Both the position numbers and the translations under genes were made by a program. Under the pieces are notes generated by a model. It was not told the DNA's origin and ran no database searches. It worked only from the letters and a program-made list of their open reading frames with translations. This document shows positions 53,259-63,200 of a stretch of DNA of 64,000 bases, in pieces. Each line of letters starts with the position of its first letter. Position 1 is the first letter of the stretch. Origin of the DNA: a virus; IMG/VR virus record IMGVR_UViG_3300017971_000207, positions 32,001 through 96,000 of that record, one strand, 5' to 3'.

Positions 53259-56200
53259 ATGACGGAGAAAGGCACAGGCTACATCCCATCGCCAGAGGAC
53301 GAGCGGGACTACCCGCTGATAGGCCCAGGCGAGAACGCCCTCTTCGGGGCGCTGAACACAACGGTCCCCACCGAGCATCTAGCAATGCTACCGTTGATCG
53401 ACTTCATCCGTGATCAAGGCGGCACCAACTCGTGCTTTCCTGCGGGCACTCGCGTGCTCCTGGAAGGCTTTACAGAGCGACCTATCGAACAGATTGCTCC
53501 AGGAAACCGTGTGCGGACGCACACAGGCCGAAGCGGTGCCGTCACAAAGGTGTCTGAGAGACCCTACGAGGGGCTGCTGTATTCGATCAAAGTAGGAGGC
53601 TGGATATACCCCCTAGAGGCTACTCCCGAGCACCCCGTAGCCGTCATCGCCAACGTGTCCGCCAGAGCAAAGCACGGAGACTTCGAGCCTGGTGAGCTAA
53701 CGTGGCGCCGGTTTGACGCGATACGTCCAGGAGATCGTGTAGTCATGCCTGCAGACACCCGAGAGTTCCCCGAGGACTATCGGTCTGCGTGGCACGTGCT
53801 GCGCGTAGCGGACTATCTGGAAGGGGAGTACTGGGAGGAAGATGGCGCTGTTCGAGCGGCCATGGGAAGACGGGGGAGTGAGATACCTGCGGAGCTGGGG
53901 CTCACCCCCGATATCGGCAGGCTTCTCGGGCTGTTCCTAGCAGAGGGCAGCTTTCTCAAACCCAGCGGCACTAAACAGGGTGTGGCGTTCACCTTTGCGC
54001 GGCACGAAGCGCTCCTCCACACCTTCGTCTTGGAGGCCATGAGGACACACTTCGACCTGGAGGGCCAGAAGGAGGAGACGGAGCAGAAGCCCAACGTCAC
54101 AACGTTGCTATTCTACAGCTCAACTGTAGCGCAGCTGTTCTACGCTCTGTGCGGAGAAGGGGCGCTACAGAAGCGCGTGCCCGACGTGTTTTTTGAGACA
54201 GGGCGCGACGTGAAGCTCGCACTCATCCGAGGGTGGTTTCAAGGAGATGGGTCTCAAGACCCCGTTCGTCTCCGCAGAAAGAAGGACGGCACTGTGCGCA
54301 AAGCTGCGGCCGTTCAAGGAGTCACAAGCTCTGAGGAGCTCCACCGTGGGCTATACCGCTTAGCCTCTCTCTGTAACATCAAGCTCAGTACGCAGCAGAG
54401 AAAGGTAGCGGAGCATCAAAACGCTGCCGGCCGCGAGCTGAACCTTTACGGGGACAACATCCTAAAGGTGTTCCCCGATGCAGCACCGCGCCTGGAAGCC
54501 GCTGGGATAAAGCTATCGGGACGGACCCGCTACCGAAAGCACGCCTTGGGATATCTGTGCCGCGTAGAGGAGGTTTCTATGCGTGAGGCCCCCGCAGACA
54601 CTAAGGTCTACAACTTGGAAGTCGAGGGGGATCACTCGTACGTTGCCGAGGGCATCGCCGTCCACAACTGCGTCTGGCAATCCATCCAGCAGCAGCACTA
54701 CATCGCACAGGGGGTACACGGGGTGCAGCAACGTCTACCCCTGAGCGTGATGTTCGGCTACTACCACACGCGCCTTCGCGGGGGCACGCAGAGGTTTGAC
54801 AATGGCTGCTTCCCCAGGCTGGCCTGGCAGGTGGCGGAGAAGATCGGATTCTGTATCGAGGACCTGTGGCCCTTCAAGGAGCCCGAGATAAACCGACCGC
54901 CGAGTCTAGATGCCACCTCCGGGGCCATAGACCAGCGGTGGGTGCACGGCTACTACCACATCCTCGGACGCCCACGAGAGGAGGAGGTCCGACAGGCCCT
55001 CTCAAACAACCACCCTGTGGTATTCGGGACCGTCGTCGACAACGATTTCAAGCGGTACAAGGGCTCTAACCTTAGCACCGAGCCTATGAAGCCTCCGACG
55101 GGCCACTCCGGACGCCATATGATGTGCGCAGTTGCGTACGATCAAGACGGTCTGTGGGTGATCAACTCGTGGGGCTGTTACGACGATAAGACGGAGATTC
55201 TAACCGCCGCTGGGTGGAAGTCTTTTGCTGATGTCGTGGTGGGTGAGCCCGTCGCAACGCTTAATAGCCACGGGGAGCTGGAGTACCAGAATACGACTGA
55301 CGTTCAACGCTACATCTACGACGGAGAGTTGTGGTCTTACCAGTCCCAAGGCGTAGACCTTGTTGTGACGCCAAACCACAACATGCTCATAGGACGCCGT
55401 TGTCGCGAAGGCGGTAAGCGCGTCCCCAAGTGGGAGCGCGTTCCGGCTGATCGCATCAACACCAAACACTTCTTGATGAAGAAAACGGCTGCCTGGTCAG
55501 GCGAAGAGCCTCCTTACATTGAGGTCGGTCCCCACAGGATACCAACGGAGCTTTGGGTCGAGTTCCTCGGCTACTTCTTGTCCGAAGGTCATGCCCGAGA
55601 GAACGTGGTCCAACGGCCGGAGCGTGTGGCGCTTAACGGTACGACAGGTCGCGAGAAGCGGTACAGCGCGTGCAGCGAAACTCAGTACCTGGTGGGTATC
55701 CATCAAACCAAGTCTGAAGGTGTCTTCAAGATGGGCGCCTGTCTACGTCGCATGCCTGCCGCCTTCACCCGCATAACAGGGGGTTGGCAGGCAACATCTA
55801 GCCCACTGTGCGAGCATCTTCTCCCGCTCGGAAAAGCGCATCAGAAGTACATTCCTCCCTACGTCAAAAGGCTCTCTCCTCGGCTTCTACGAGTGTTCCT
55901 GAAGGCCGCTTGTCTCGGCGACGGCTCCCCTGTAGGCCGCAACGGCAGCGTCTACTACACCTCGTCCAAGCGGCTTGCTGACGATATACAGGAGGTTGCA
56001 CTAAAGGCCGGGATGTGTGCAGATATACGCGAGGATGATCGCCGCGGTCGTACTAATGCGCGGGGGACCACTCGCTATGTGAACTACCAGGTGGCAATCA
56101 AACCCGTGAGGGGAGAAACCAAACCCAAAGGAGGCTTCACGCCAACAAAGATCCCCTACAAAGGTTTCGTGCGCTGCGTCACAGTACCGAACGGTCTGGT

Positions 56201-56369
56201 CTATGTTCGACGCAATGGTAAGGCGGTCTGGTCGGGCAACTCCGACTGGGGCTGCCCGGACCCATCAGGGTTCTATCGATCGGGGTTCTTTCATATGTCC
56301 TGGGAATGGGTAAACTGGTCAAGTGCCACTGATTGGTGGGCCGTCCAATACCCAAAGATGTTCGTTTAG
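53259..56369 (+). CDS. Papain-family (C1) cysteine peptidase with two inteins (about 269 aa after splicing)
   Basis: AGGAGG SD before ATG 53259; DERDY; RDQGGTNS|CV; GRHMMCAVAYD; INSWG|SDWG...GFFHM. Confidence 0.88.
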   Translation: MTEKGTGYIPSPEDERDYPLIGPGENALFGALNTTVPTEHLAMLPLIDFIRDQGGTNSCFPAGTRVLLEGFTERPIEQIAPGNRVRTHTGRSGAVTKVSERPYEGLLYSIKVGGWIYPLEATPEHPVAVIANVSARAKHGDFEPGELTWRRFDAIRPGDRVVMPADTREFPEDYRSAWHVLRVADYLEGEYWEEDGAVRAAMGRRGSEIPAELGLTPDIGRLLGLFLAEGSFLKPSGTKQGVAFTFARHEALLHTFVLEAMRTHFDLEGQKEETEQKPNVTTLLFYSSTVAQLFYALCGEGALQKRVPDVFFETGRDVKLALIRGWFQGDGSQDPVRLRRKKDGTVRKAAAVQGVTSSEELHRGLYRLASLCNIKLSTQQRKVAEHQNAAGRELNLYGDNILKVFPDAAPRLEAAGIKLSGRTRYRKHALGYLCRVEEVSMREAPADTKVYNLEVEGDHSYVAEGIAVHNCVWQSIQQQHYIAQGVHGVQQRLPLSVMFGYYHTRLRGGTQRFDNGCFPRLAWQVAEKIGFCIEDLWPFKEPEINRPPSLDATSGAIDQRWVHGYYHILGRPREEEVRQALSNNHPVVFGTVVDNDFKRYKGSNLSTEPMKPPTGHSGRHMMCAVAYDQDGLWVINSWGCYDDKTEILTAAGWKSFADVVVGEPVATLNSHGELEYQNTTDVQRYIYDGELWSYQSQGVDLVVTPNHNMLIGRRCREGGKRVPKWERVPADRINTKHFLMKKTAAWSGEEPPYIEVGPHRIPTELWVEFLGYFLSEGHARENVVQRPERVALNGTTGREKRYSACSETQYLVGIHQTKSEGVFKMGACLRRMPAAFTRITGGWQATSSPLCEHLLPLGKAHQKYIPPYVKRLSPRLLRVFLKAACLGDGSPVGRNGSVYYTSSKRLADDIQEVALKAGMCADIREDDRRGRTNARGTTRYVNYQVAIKPVRGETKPKGGFTPTKIPYKGFVRCVTVPNGLVYVRRNGKAVWSGNSDWGCPDPSGFYRSGFFHMSWEWVNWSSATDWWAVQYPKMFV
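53433..54668 (+). mobile_element. Peptidase intein 1 (412 aa), LAGLIDADG, directly before the catalytic Cys
   Basis: NS|CFPAGTRV...TPEHPV...LGLFLAEG...WFQGDG...AVHN|C. Confidence 0.93.
55176..56240 (+). mobile_element. Peptidase intein 2 (355 aa), LAGLIDADG, ends GN
   Basis: SWG|CYDDKTEILT...TPNHNM...LGYFLSEG...LGDG...WSGN|S. Confidence 0.92.
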
Positions 56370-56381
56370 GAGACCAACACA

Positions 56382-56738
56382 ATGAATCGTGAGCTAAACC
56401 GCTTGTTAGAGAGCGTACGTGCAGAGCTGGCAGAGGGCCTCCCCAAAGGGAAGTACCTGGGCCTACGAGACGCAAAAAGCATCGACATGAACCGTGTCCG
56501 GGTTGATCTAGAGACCACCTCTGGGGACAATCTAGGGGGCAACATCGAAACCCTCTTGAGAGGTGAGGACGATGTAAGGTGGCTTACGAGGCCGCCGCGA
56601 CGAGGGGAGGGCACCGCGAGCTTCACCATCTTCGTCCGGGACCCGGACGAGTTCAAGTACCTGTGGAACACGTTGGAGCGTGCAGAGATCTACGACGACA
56701 CTATCCTAAACTTCTACGTCAGCGTCACGGACATCTAG
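56382..56738 (+). CDS. Hypothetical protein
   Basis: AGGAG SD. Confidence 0.7.
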   Translation: MNRELNRLLESVRAELAEGLPKGKYLGLRDAKSIDMNRVRVDLETTSGDNLGGNIETLLRGEDDVRWLTRPPRRGEGTASFTIFVRDPDEFKYLWNTLERAEIYDDTILNFYVSVTDI

Positions 56739-56747
56739 GATATCGAC

Positions 56748-57089
56748 ATGCACCACCTTCCCTTCTTACTCATGCTGGCCCTCATGGTCTGCATGCTCCC
56801 CGCCTGCCCGGACCCTGTCATCCCTGGCCCTCAATGGGACGGGGGGTCTGTTGAGCCCGACCCCGTTCTACCCCCTGGTGTTGATGCCAACGAGGCTGCC
56901 TGCAAGCGCCTAGAGGAGCTGCAGTGCAAGTCAAAGGATGGGCGCAACCTCTGGGAGCCCACACCCGGCGGCGTCTCCTGCGTCGACGTGTTCCGCAACG
57001 CAGAGAAGAATGGGGTCAACCTACACCCTGCGTGTTTGGCTAAAATAGAACGCTGTGAGGATAGGCATCGGTGTACCGACAAGGGCTAG
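56748..57089 (+). CDS. Cys-rich putative lipoprotein
   Basis: Hydrophobic signal with LPAC lipobox; six further Cys. Confidence 0.7.
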   Translation: MHHLPFLLMLALMVCMLPACPDPVIPGPQWDGGSVEPDPVLPPGVDANEAACKRLEELQCKSKDGRNLWEPTPGGVSCVDVFRNAEKNGVNLHPACLAKIERCEDRHRCTDKG

Positions 57090-57592
57090 TCCAGATGCGC
57101 CCATAAACGGCGTGTGACAAGTGCATGCACCAGGCTCTCACTGACATGGTACTTCTCCGCCAAGCTTCTCAGGGACACCTTTCGAGGGACGTATCTCCGC
57201 CTGATGTCTCGCACCTGTTCAGGAGTAAGCTTGGCGGACCCGTTGGCTTCGCCTGGGTGTGCAACGTGTCGTCCTTTGGACATCATGTCTCTCATGTTAT
57301 CCGTGTGGGTCCCAACCCACAGGTGCTCTGGGTTGACGCAGGGTGGGTTGTCACACTTGTGCAGAACACAGAGCCCCTCGGGTATAGGGCCGCGGGTAAG
57401 CTCCCAAGATACTCGGTGGGCATAGGTAGATATGCTGCTGAGTTCCTGTCGGCTCCCCTGCCTGAAGAACCCATACTGGGTACGGGAGTGTCGAGGACCC
57501 GTCCAAAGCCAACAATCTCCACTACAGTCCACATGTTTCCAGAATCGCTCGGTCTCGACCAGGCCGAAGGTAGTCTGCTGTCTTGCTGTCAT
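57086..57592 (-). CDS. HNH endonuclease with C-terminal HTH
   Basis: RFWKHV...CWLWTG...AHRVSW...VLHKCDNPPCVNPEHL...N. Confidence 0.93.
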   Translation of the reverse strand: MTARQQTTFGLVETERFWKHVDCSGDCWLWTGPRHSRTQYGFFRQGSRQELSSISTYAHRVSWELTRGPIPEGLCVLHKCDNPPCVNPEHLWVGTHTDNMRDMMSKGRHVAHPGEANGSAKLTPEQVRDIRRRYVPRKVSLRSLAEKYHVSESLVHALVTRRLWAHLD

Positions 57593-57819
57593 GATGCAGG
57601 AGGCTCCGCAGGCGTACGAAGACCTCGGACCGCGACTAGCTGGGCTTCCAGAGATTGCTCTGCCTTCGGCAGCTCCTTGGCCAAGAACTCCCCCAACGCT
57701 TCCTTGATCAGCTTGTTTAGCGTAGTCTCTCTGTAGTCGGCTAGGAACTTGAGACGCTTGTGGGTAAAAGGATACAACCTAACAGTGATTTTGACAGGAT
57801 CTTCGTCTTTTGACTCCAT
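57589..57819 (-). CDS. Ribbon-helix-helix (CopG/Arc-like) protein coupled to the HNH gene
   Basis: VKITVRL...HKRLKFLA...TLNKLIKEAL; ATGA overlap. Confidence 0.75.
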   Translation of the reverse strand: MESKDEDPVKITVRLYPFTHKRLKFLADYRETTLNKLIKEALGEFLAKELPKAEQSLEAQLVAVRGLRTPAEPPAS

Positions 57820-57916
57820 AATAGGAGTATGGCGGCATACTCAAGAGTTGCCGTCAAACCAACCGAAGATCGAAAAGTGTGAGGACCGTCACAGCTGCAC
57901 CGACAAAGGATAGCCC

Positions 57917-59434
57917 ATGACCAGCAAGGCACAATTGACCGAGGAGATGCGGCGCCTGATGGGTGTTGCGCCACGACCGCTGGGGCCTTGGTCAGATAGA
58001 CCAGAGGAGACCTGGAAAGAGCCGATCACCACAAAGCTCGATGAGGCCAAGCTCAAGGTAGACTGGGACGAGGGGATAAAGATAGTCGACCAGGCTCTGA
58101 ACAAGCTTCGGACGACCGGCCCCAAGTGGCTGAAGGGCCTTGTAGGGGACGACTGGAAGGCAGGGAAGGTCCAGAAGACCAAAGGCAAAGGAGCCCAGAA
58201 GAAGTACACCGGGCGCCTTCGGCTCTTTGTGGGCCCCTCTGTCAGCAACGCCAGCAAGACCGTTGTGGTGACCCTGACGCAGACAGAGGCGCCGGGAGAG
58301 CACGACTACTACACCGGCGTATACACCACAGGGCTAATCGAGATCGACGCCTCCTGTAAGCTACTGTTGGGCAAAAAGGGTGTAGGCGGCGCCAAGGTGG
58401 GCCTACCCGACCTAAGCGCCATTCAGGACCTTACTGCCAGCGTGCTTACCACCTTTAAGCCTTACCTTGAAAAGCACTTTGGTAGCCCGAGTGGAGAGGA
58501 TGCGAAGGACCTCGCTAAGGATACCCTAAACGACGCGGCACAAGAGCTACTACCGTGGCTCAAGGGCCTTACAGGCGACAAGTGGTATGCTTCCTCAGTG
58601 GGCCCAGAGACGCTGCGACTCCACGTCGGTCTAAGCTACGCCGACGCGCCGATCTCGATGACCATAATCCTGAAGTACGACCCCATCAAGGGGACCTTCA
58701 CCGCAACAGCTCGCGCCTTCTCCGGGGAGGGGCTGATGGATAAGGTCACCAAGGACAATCTCAAGTCGGATGGTCTGCAGGGGGTTGTCGCCATCGCGAA
58801 AAGCTTACAGCCGGTGATAAAGCTGGCGTCCGAGGCTGCTCAAGAGGTCGCGGCGACGAACACCGAGGAGATCATCTTGGACGCTGTCGCGAACTTGGTA
58901 GCCGATGGTCTGGTGTGGCTAAAGGATGTAACCGGCGAACCGGACGGCTGGAAGATCACAAAACCTACGGAGCACGACCCCTGGATGTACTTCAACCTGA
59001 ACCCGCCGGGGAAGAGCTTCACCTTGACGGTCGGAGTGGTGGTTGACCCGTTGGACGAGGGCGAGGGCTTCCAGGTCATCACGGACGTTCTAGGCAAACA
59101 GGGACAGCCCTTTGCCCACCACGGTCCTGTGATCGCTAGTGAGGACGACCTAAAGGACCTAGTCAAGGTGGCTTTGAAGCCTGTTGAGAAGAACATCAAG
59201 GAGGTCATCAAAGCGGAGGGGGCCAAGGTCCTTACCTTGATCAAAGATATTCGCACAGACTACAAGAAGATGCGCAAGGGCCTTGTCATGGCACGTGCCG
59301 CCTTGGAGTTCGTCAGCGAGAAGCTAGAGGTGGAGGATTTCACGGGGGTCGAGGCAAAATGCCTGGAGTTCGAGGAGAAGCTCGGCGCGGCACTCGACAG
59401 CTCGAAGCAGCTTCGCTCAAAGCTCCCTTACTAA
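57917..59434 (+). CDS. Hypothetical protein with three copies of a repeated domain and C-terminal coiled coil; possible internal head protein
   Basis: GPKWLKGLVGDDWK, LPWLKGLTGDKWY, LVWLKDVTGEPDGWK. Confidence 0.7.
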   Translation: MTSKAQLTEEMRRLMGVAPRPLGPWSDRPEETWKEPITTKLDEAKLKVDWDEGIKIVDQALNKLRTTGPKWLKGLVGDDWKAGKVQKTKGKGAQKKYTGRLRLFVGPSVSNASKTVVVTLTQTEAPGEHDYYTGVYTTGLIEIDASCKLLLGKKGVGGAKVGLPDLSAIQDLTASVLTTFKPYLEKHFGSPSGEDAKDLAKDTLNDAAQELLPWLKGLTGDKWYASSVGPETLRLHVGLSYADAPISMTIILKYDPIKGTFTATARAFSGEGLMDKVTKDNLKSDGLQGVVAIAKSLQPVIKLASEAAQEVAATNTEEIILDAVANLVADGLVWLKDVTGEPDGWKITKPTEHDPWMYFNLNPPGKSFTLTVGVVVDPLDEGEGFQVITDVLGKQGQPFAHHGPVIASEDDLKDLVKVALKPVEKNIKEVIKAEGAKVLTLIKDIRTDYKKMRKGLVMARAALEFVSEKLEVEDFTGVEAKCLEFEEKLGAALDSSKQLRSKLPY

Positions 59435-59477
59435 GATGAACGCCATGAGATGACGAACAGGGAATGAGGAGAACAAG

Positions 59478-60215
59478 GTGAGCAAACTGCAAGAGCAGCG
59501 GCGATTGATGGGGCTAGAGCCTCGACCTATGGGGCCATGGGCTCAGGACGCAGAGGGCGCGGGTCCTCCTGATGAGGAGATAGTAGAGGCGACCCAAGGA
59601 CCCTGGGTAAAGATGAACCGCGCCCTCAAGAAGGCAGAAAAAGACGGGGTCTCCTGGATCAAAACGAACGTAGCCGACCGAGACTGGAAGACCTCCCTAA
59701 CCACGGCCGACAAGAATTACCCCTACGGGCGGCTGGAGATCTACCTTCTTAGCCCCGAGGGAGTTTTCGAGAAGAACCTCTGGGACCTGACCATCTACCT
59801 AACGTGGACCGCATCCTTAAGCTCAGACACAGACCCCAAGTTCAAAGCGCGCATCCGTTTGGAGGACAAGCAAGGCCAGGTTCACGTGGAGGAGACCAAG
59901 GAAGAGGTCAGCGCTGCGGACATCAAGGACCTCAAGAACCTGCTACTGCTGCCCAACAAGAAAGCTTTGGCCGATGCTTTTGCCCCCGGAGCCCAACAGA
60001 AGAAGTCGTTGAAGGACCTCCGGCGAGCATACAAGGATGCTCGCCAGAACCTCGTCTCTATGAGGGACAAGATCGAGGTTCTCAGCCAGCACCTAGAGAA
60101 AAGCGCGCTCGCGGATGTAAAGGATTCGGCTCAAGAGCTGTACAGCATGGAACTCAAGCTATCCTCAGCAATAAAGAAGCTGCGGAACTCTGCGGCCACC
60201 GCCGCAGAGTTCTAA
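59478..60215 (+). CDS. Single-domain paralog of the preceding gene
   Basis: Shared RRLMG..PRP.GPW leader, GVSWIKTNVADRDWK, similar coiled coil. Confidence 0.7.
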   Translation: MSKLQEQRRLMGLEPRPMGPWAQDAEGAGPPDEEIVEATQGPWVKMNRALKKAEKDGVSWIKTNVADRDWKTSLTTADKNYPYGRLEIYLLSPEGVFEKNLWDLTIYLTWTASLSSDTDPKFKARIRLEDKQGQVHVEETKEEVSAADIKDLKNLLLLPNKKALADAFAPGAQQKKSLKDLRRAYKDARQNLVSMRDKIEVLSQHLEKSALADVKDSAQELYSMELKLSSAIKKLRNSAATAAEF

Positions 60216-60217
60216 CC

Positions 60218-63200
60218 CTATCTTATCGGACAGCTTCCGCTAGCGCACGCCTCCTCAATCTCCATCTCACCGCCGTTGACCAGCGGGTGGTCGTGGTCGA
60301 TGTTGGAGGCTAGACGCTCAAAGGTCTCGCGGTCTATCGCCTCGTAGGGAGGCTGGGCGTAGCCATGAGCCTTGGGCAAGCAGGTGGTGCTCTTAAGCCG
60401 CGGCACAAACTCCCCGAGAAGAGCGGCAAGCTCCTCCTGCTCCGTATCGGCGTCAAAGGTGATAGTGGCACTGACGGCATTATCTGCCCAGTGCTCCTGT
60501 ACGGCCGCCTGCCGTTCAAACTGCTGGCGCAGCGTCTGCGTCTGCGCAGTCACGCGCCCCGCGGGCGTCGACTCTGCGAAGCTGAACACGATCGTGTTCC
60601 CTGTCTGGTCGTACACATCAAGCTCGTGCGGAACGCCAGCCTCCATAAGGGCGCCGGCTAGGTTGTCCGCAATGTCCAAGCGAACACGGCGGATGTAGTG
60701 GCGCGCGAAGGGGGCGTGGATGCCTGGCGAGCTGCGGCTTAGCAACGATATGGTGCCGCTAGGCTTAACGGTGGTAACGGTCTTGGGGATAGCTGTGCCT
60801 AGCTCAATGGCGTAGCGCGTAGCCTCCCTGCGACATGCTCCGTACCACGCATCGAGCTGTGCTGGCGTCCAGTCGAAGTCGCAGATACCCCCCAGCCCTA
60901 CTCCTAGCCTCATGTTCTGCTGCTGCACCGCGTTCGAGATGGGGTCCGTCAGCTTAGACAGTCGATTGCGAAAGCAGTAGCGCGTGACAAGGCGAAACAC
61001 CTCGTCAGCGTCAGTCGTATCGTGGAACCGTGAGGGGAACACCTCGGACAGGTTGCACGCCTCACGGTTGTACAGCGGCAGCTCGCCACAGTTGCCCGTC
61101 GCTACGCCGTCTGCAATGAAGGTCTCGTGCGTCGGCTGCTTGAGGCAGAACACCGGCTCGTGTCCGATAGGCTCGATGCTCACGATCTCCGTGGTGAACC
61201 GCTCCGCATAGGGTCCCCTCTTCCACGAGCTGCGCCAGCTTAGATAGCGATCCTCCATATCCTCTCGGAGGAATCCGAGCTGCTCATAGAAACGGACCGC
61301 GTTGGCCTTTGAGACAACAAGGTCGTACTGCGTCTTGCACCAGTAGTCAGCAAGGTCCCCCTTACCATCAGGCAGACGGCGATAGCCTGCGTCTCGCCGC
61401 TTGTAGACGGACGACACGATGCCGAAGTTTAGGAGCAGCGTTTGAACATCACGGAGAAGAGCTGGGTTGCTCTGCGACAGACGGACGGAGAAGGTCTGCT
61501 TTTCGGCTGTCCAGTTTATCTGACCGTCTGTTGCGAAGAGGCCGCGGAGGTAGCCGCGGACGCACTTTTTGGTCCCGCGCCACACCACCTCTGGCACAGA
61601 GCCCTTCTCACGATAGCCTACCTCAGCCAGGGCACGGCTTAGCAGCGAGCTGCAGATGTCCTCGTAGCGATCATACACTTGACAACCGAAGCGCTTCAGG
61701 TGCCCGTTACGCGGCGCTACGGAGGCCGCTACCTCGTGGCACCACGCTAGATATTGCCCGGACATCTTGCGCTTGGCGTCCCAGAAGAATAGATGAGCGC
61801 GCTTGCCGTCCTCGCTCCAACAGCCGTCACCTTCGAGCCACCCAATAACATGCCCGAGAGCCTCGCTGCCGTCCGCCCCCCACAAACCCTCGCCGGATTG
61901 AAGTAGCAAGGTATCTCCAGGAGACAGGTCCTTAAGCTCCACAAAACCGTCGGGGGTCGGGAAGCGGTGATACGCCGTAGCCTTGATCTCGTTACCGTGC
62001 CGGGTCCGCATCCGGTAGACCTTCTCGGAGGCGCTTGTCTGGAAAGCCGCCTCCGCCTCGCGATGCACCGCTCCAGGCGAGACGTTCGTACGGTCCGTGC
62101 CGACACGAGCGTCGGTGGTGACCTGGAAAGCTTTGGCGTCCTTGAGATCTCGGATGGGTATTAAGCCCCATTGCGTGACGACACGGGTGTCGCCGGTGAG
62201 GCAGGGGTTGATCCCAACGATACCGGGGTCCGTCTCACGACATAGAGGGAGGTTGAACACACCAGGCTCGCCACCAGGCTCCGCAACGATGTCCGAAACG
62301 AGCTGGCGCCAGTCAAACCCCTCCAGCTCCTCCCTGCTTTGGAAGGCCAACGAGTTGTTGCTGGTGTGCCGATGCAAGGTTACCAGGCTCAGGTCCTTCT
62401 TCGCATTCCGGAAGGCTTGGTCGGTCGGGCTCCCCAAGGTCATCAAGGCGGAGTTGTGGACGAGCAAGCCGTTGCAGACAAACTCCTCAGCACCAGCTAC
62501 CTCGATATCGTAGGTGTCCGCGGTCTCGTCCGTCTCGGTCACGTCCTGCACACAGATGGGCACGAGACCCTGAGCTTCTCCGCCCAGCTCTTCGTAAAGC
62601 GGGAAGACCATCTGTTTGCTGGTTGAATCCCACCGACCTTTCCAGAAGGTGGTGCTGTGTTCTGCGCGCACCATCTCGGAGGGGTAGCCGTAGTCACACT
62701 GAGACACCGCGCTTACACGGACGCGCTTGGTCGCGTGGGGCTGCACTAGCTCCAGAAAGCGGGCCGTCGCGGTCCGTCCCACCAGATTGAGGTGGTACAT
62801 AGGCTGCCAAGACCCTCTAGCAGAGCGATTAAGCTTCAACCTCGTCGGTATTCCCAGGCTCGCGTAGACCGCCTGCACCTGCTCCAGGAAGGAGGGGTAC
62901 ACCGAGGCGCAGAGAACCACGGGGCGATTGCGTGCTGCACCGTCCGCATCTAGGAGGCCCGCCAGGTAGGAGGCTCGAACATGGGGGAGCCCCTCCAAGA
63001 TGAACGACGGCACGTTAAGAGGCTGACGGGGTTTCTTCAGATTATCGTCCAGGTACCAGGCTAGCTGCTTGGACTGTGCTCGTATCCTTAGACAGTCGTC
63101 GAGGGCTCGTGGGGGGCGCTCGTTGAGCCGGACCCCGTAGCGCGTCAATTGCTCACGGCATCTGTTTGCTATTGCGTTGTGATAGCCGTCGTTAGCAACT

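Larger units (their letters stand above)
57042..57913. mobile_element. HNH plus RHH cassette bounded by two versions of the lipoprotein gene's 3' end
   Basis: 57042..57089 encodes KIERCEDRHRCTDKG*; 57866..57913 encodes KIEKCEDRHSCTDKG*. Confidence 0.8.
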
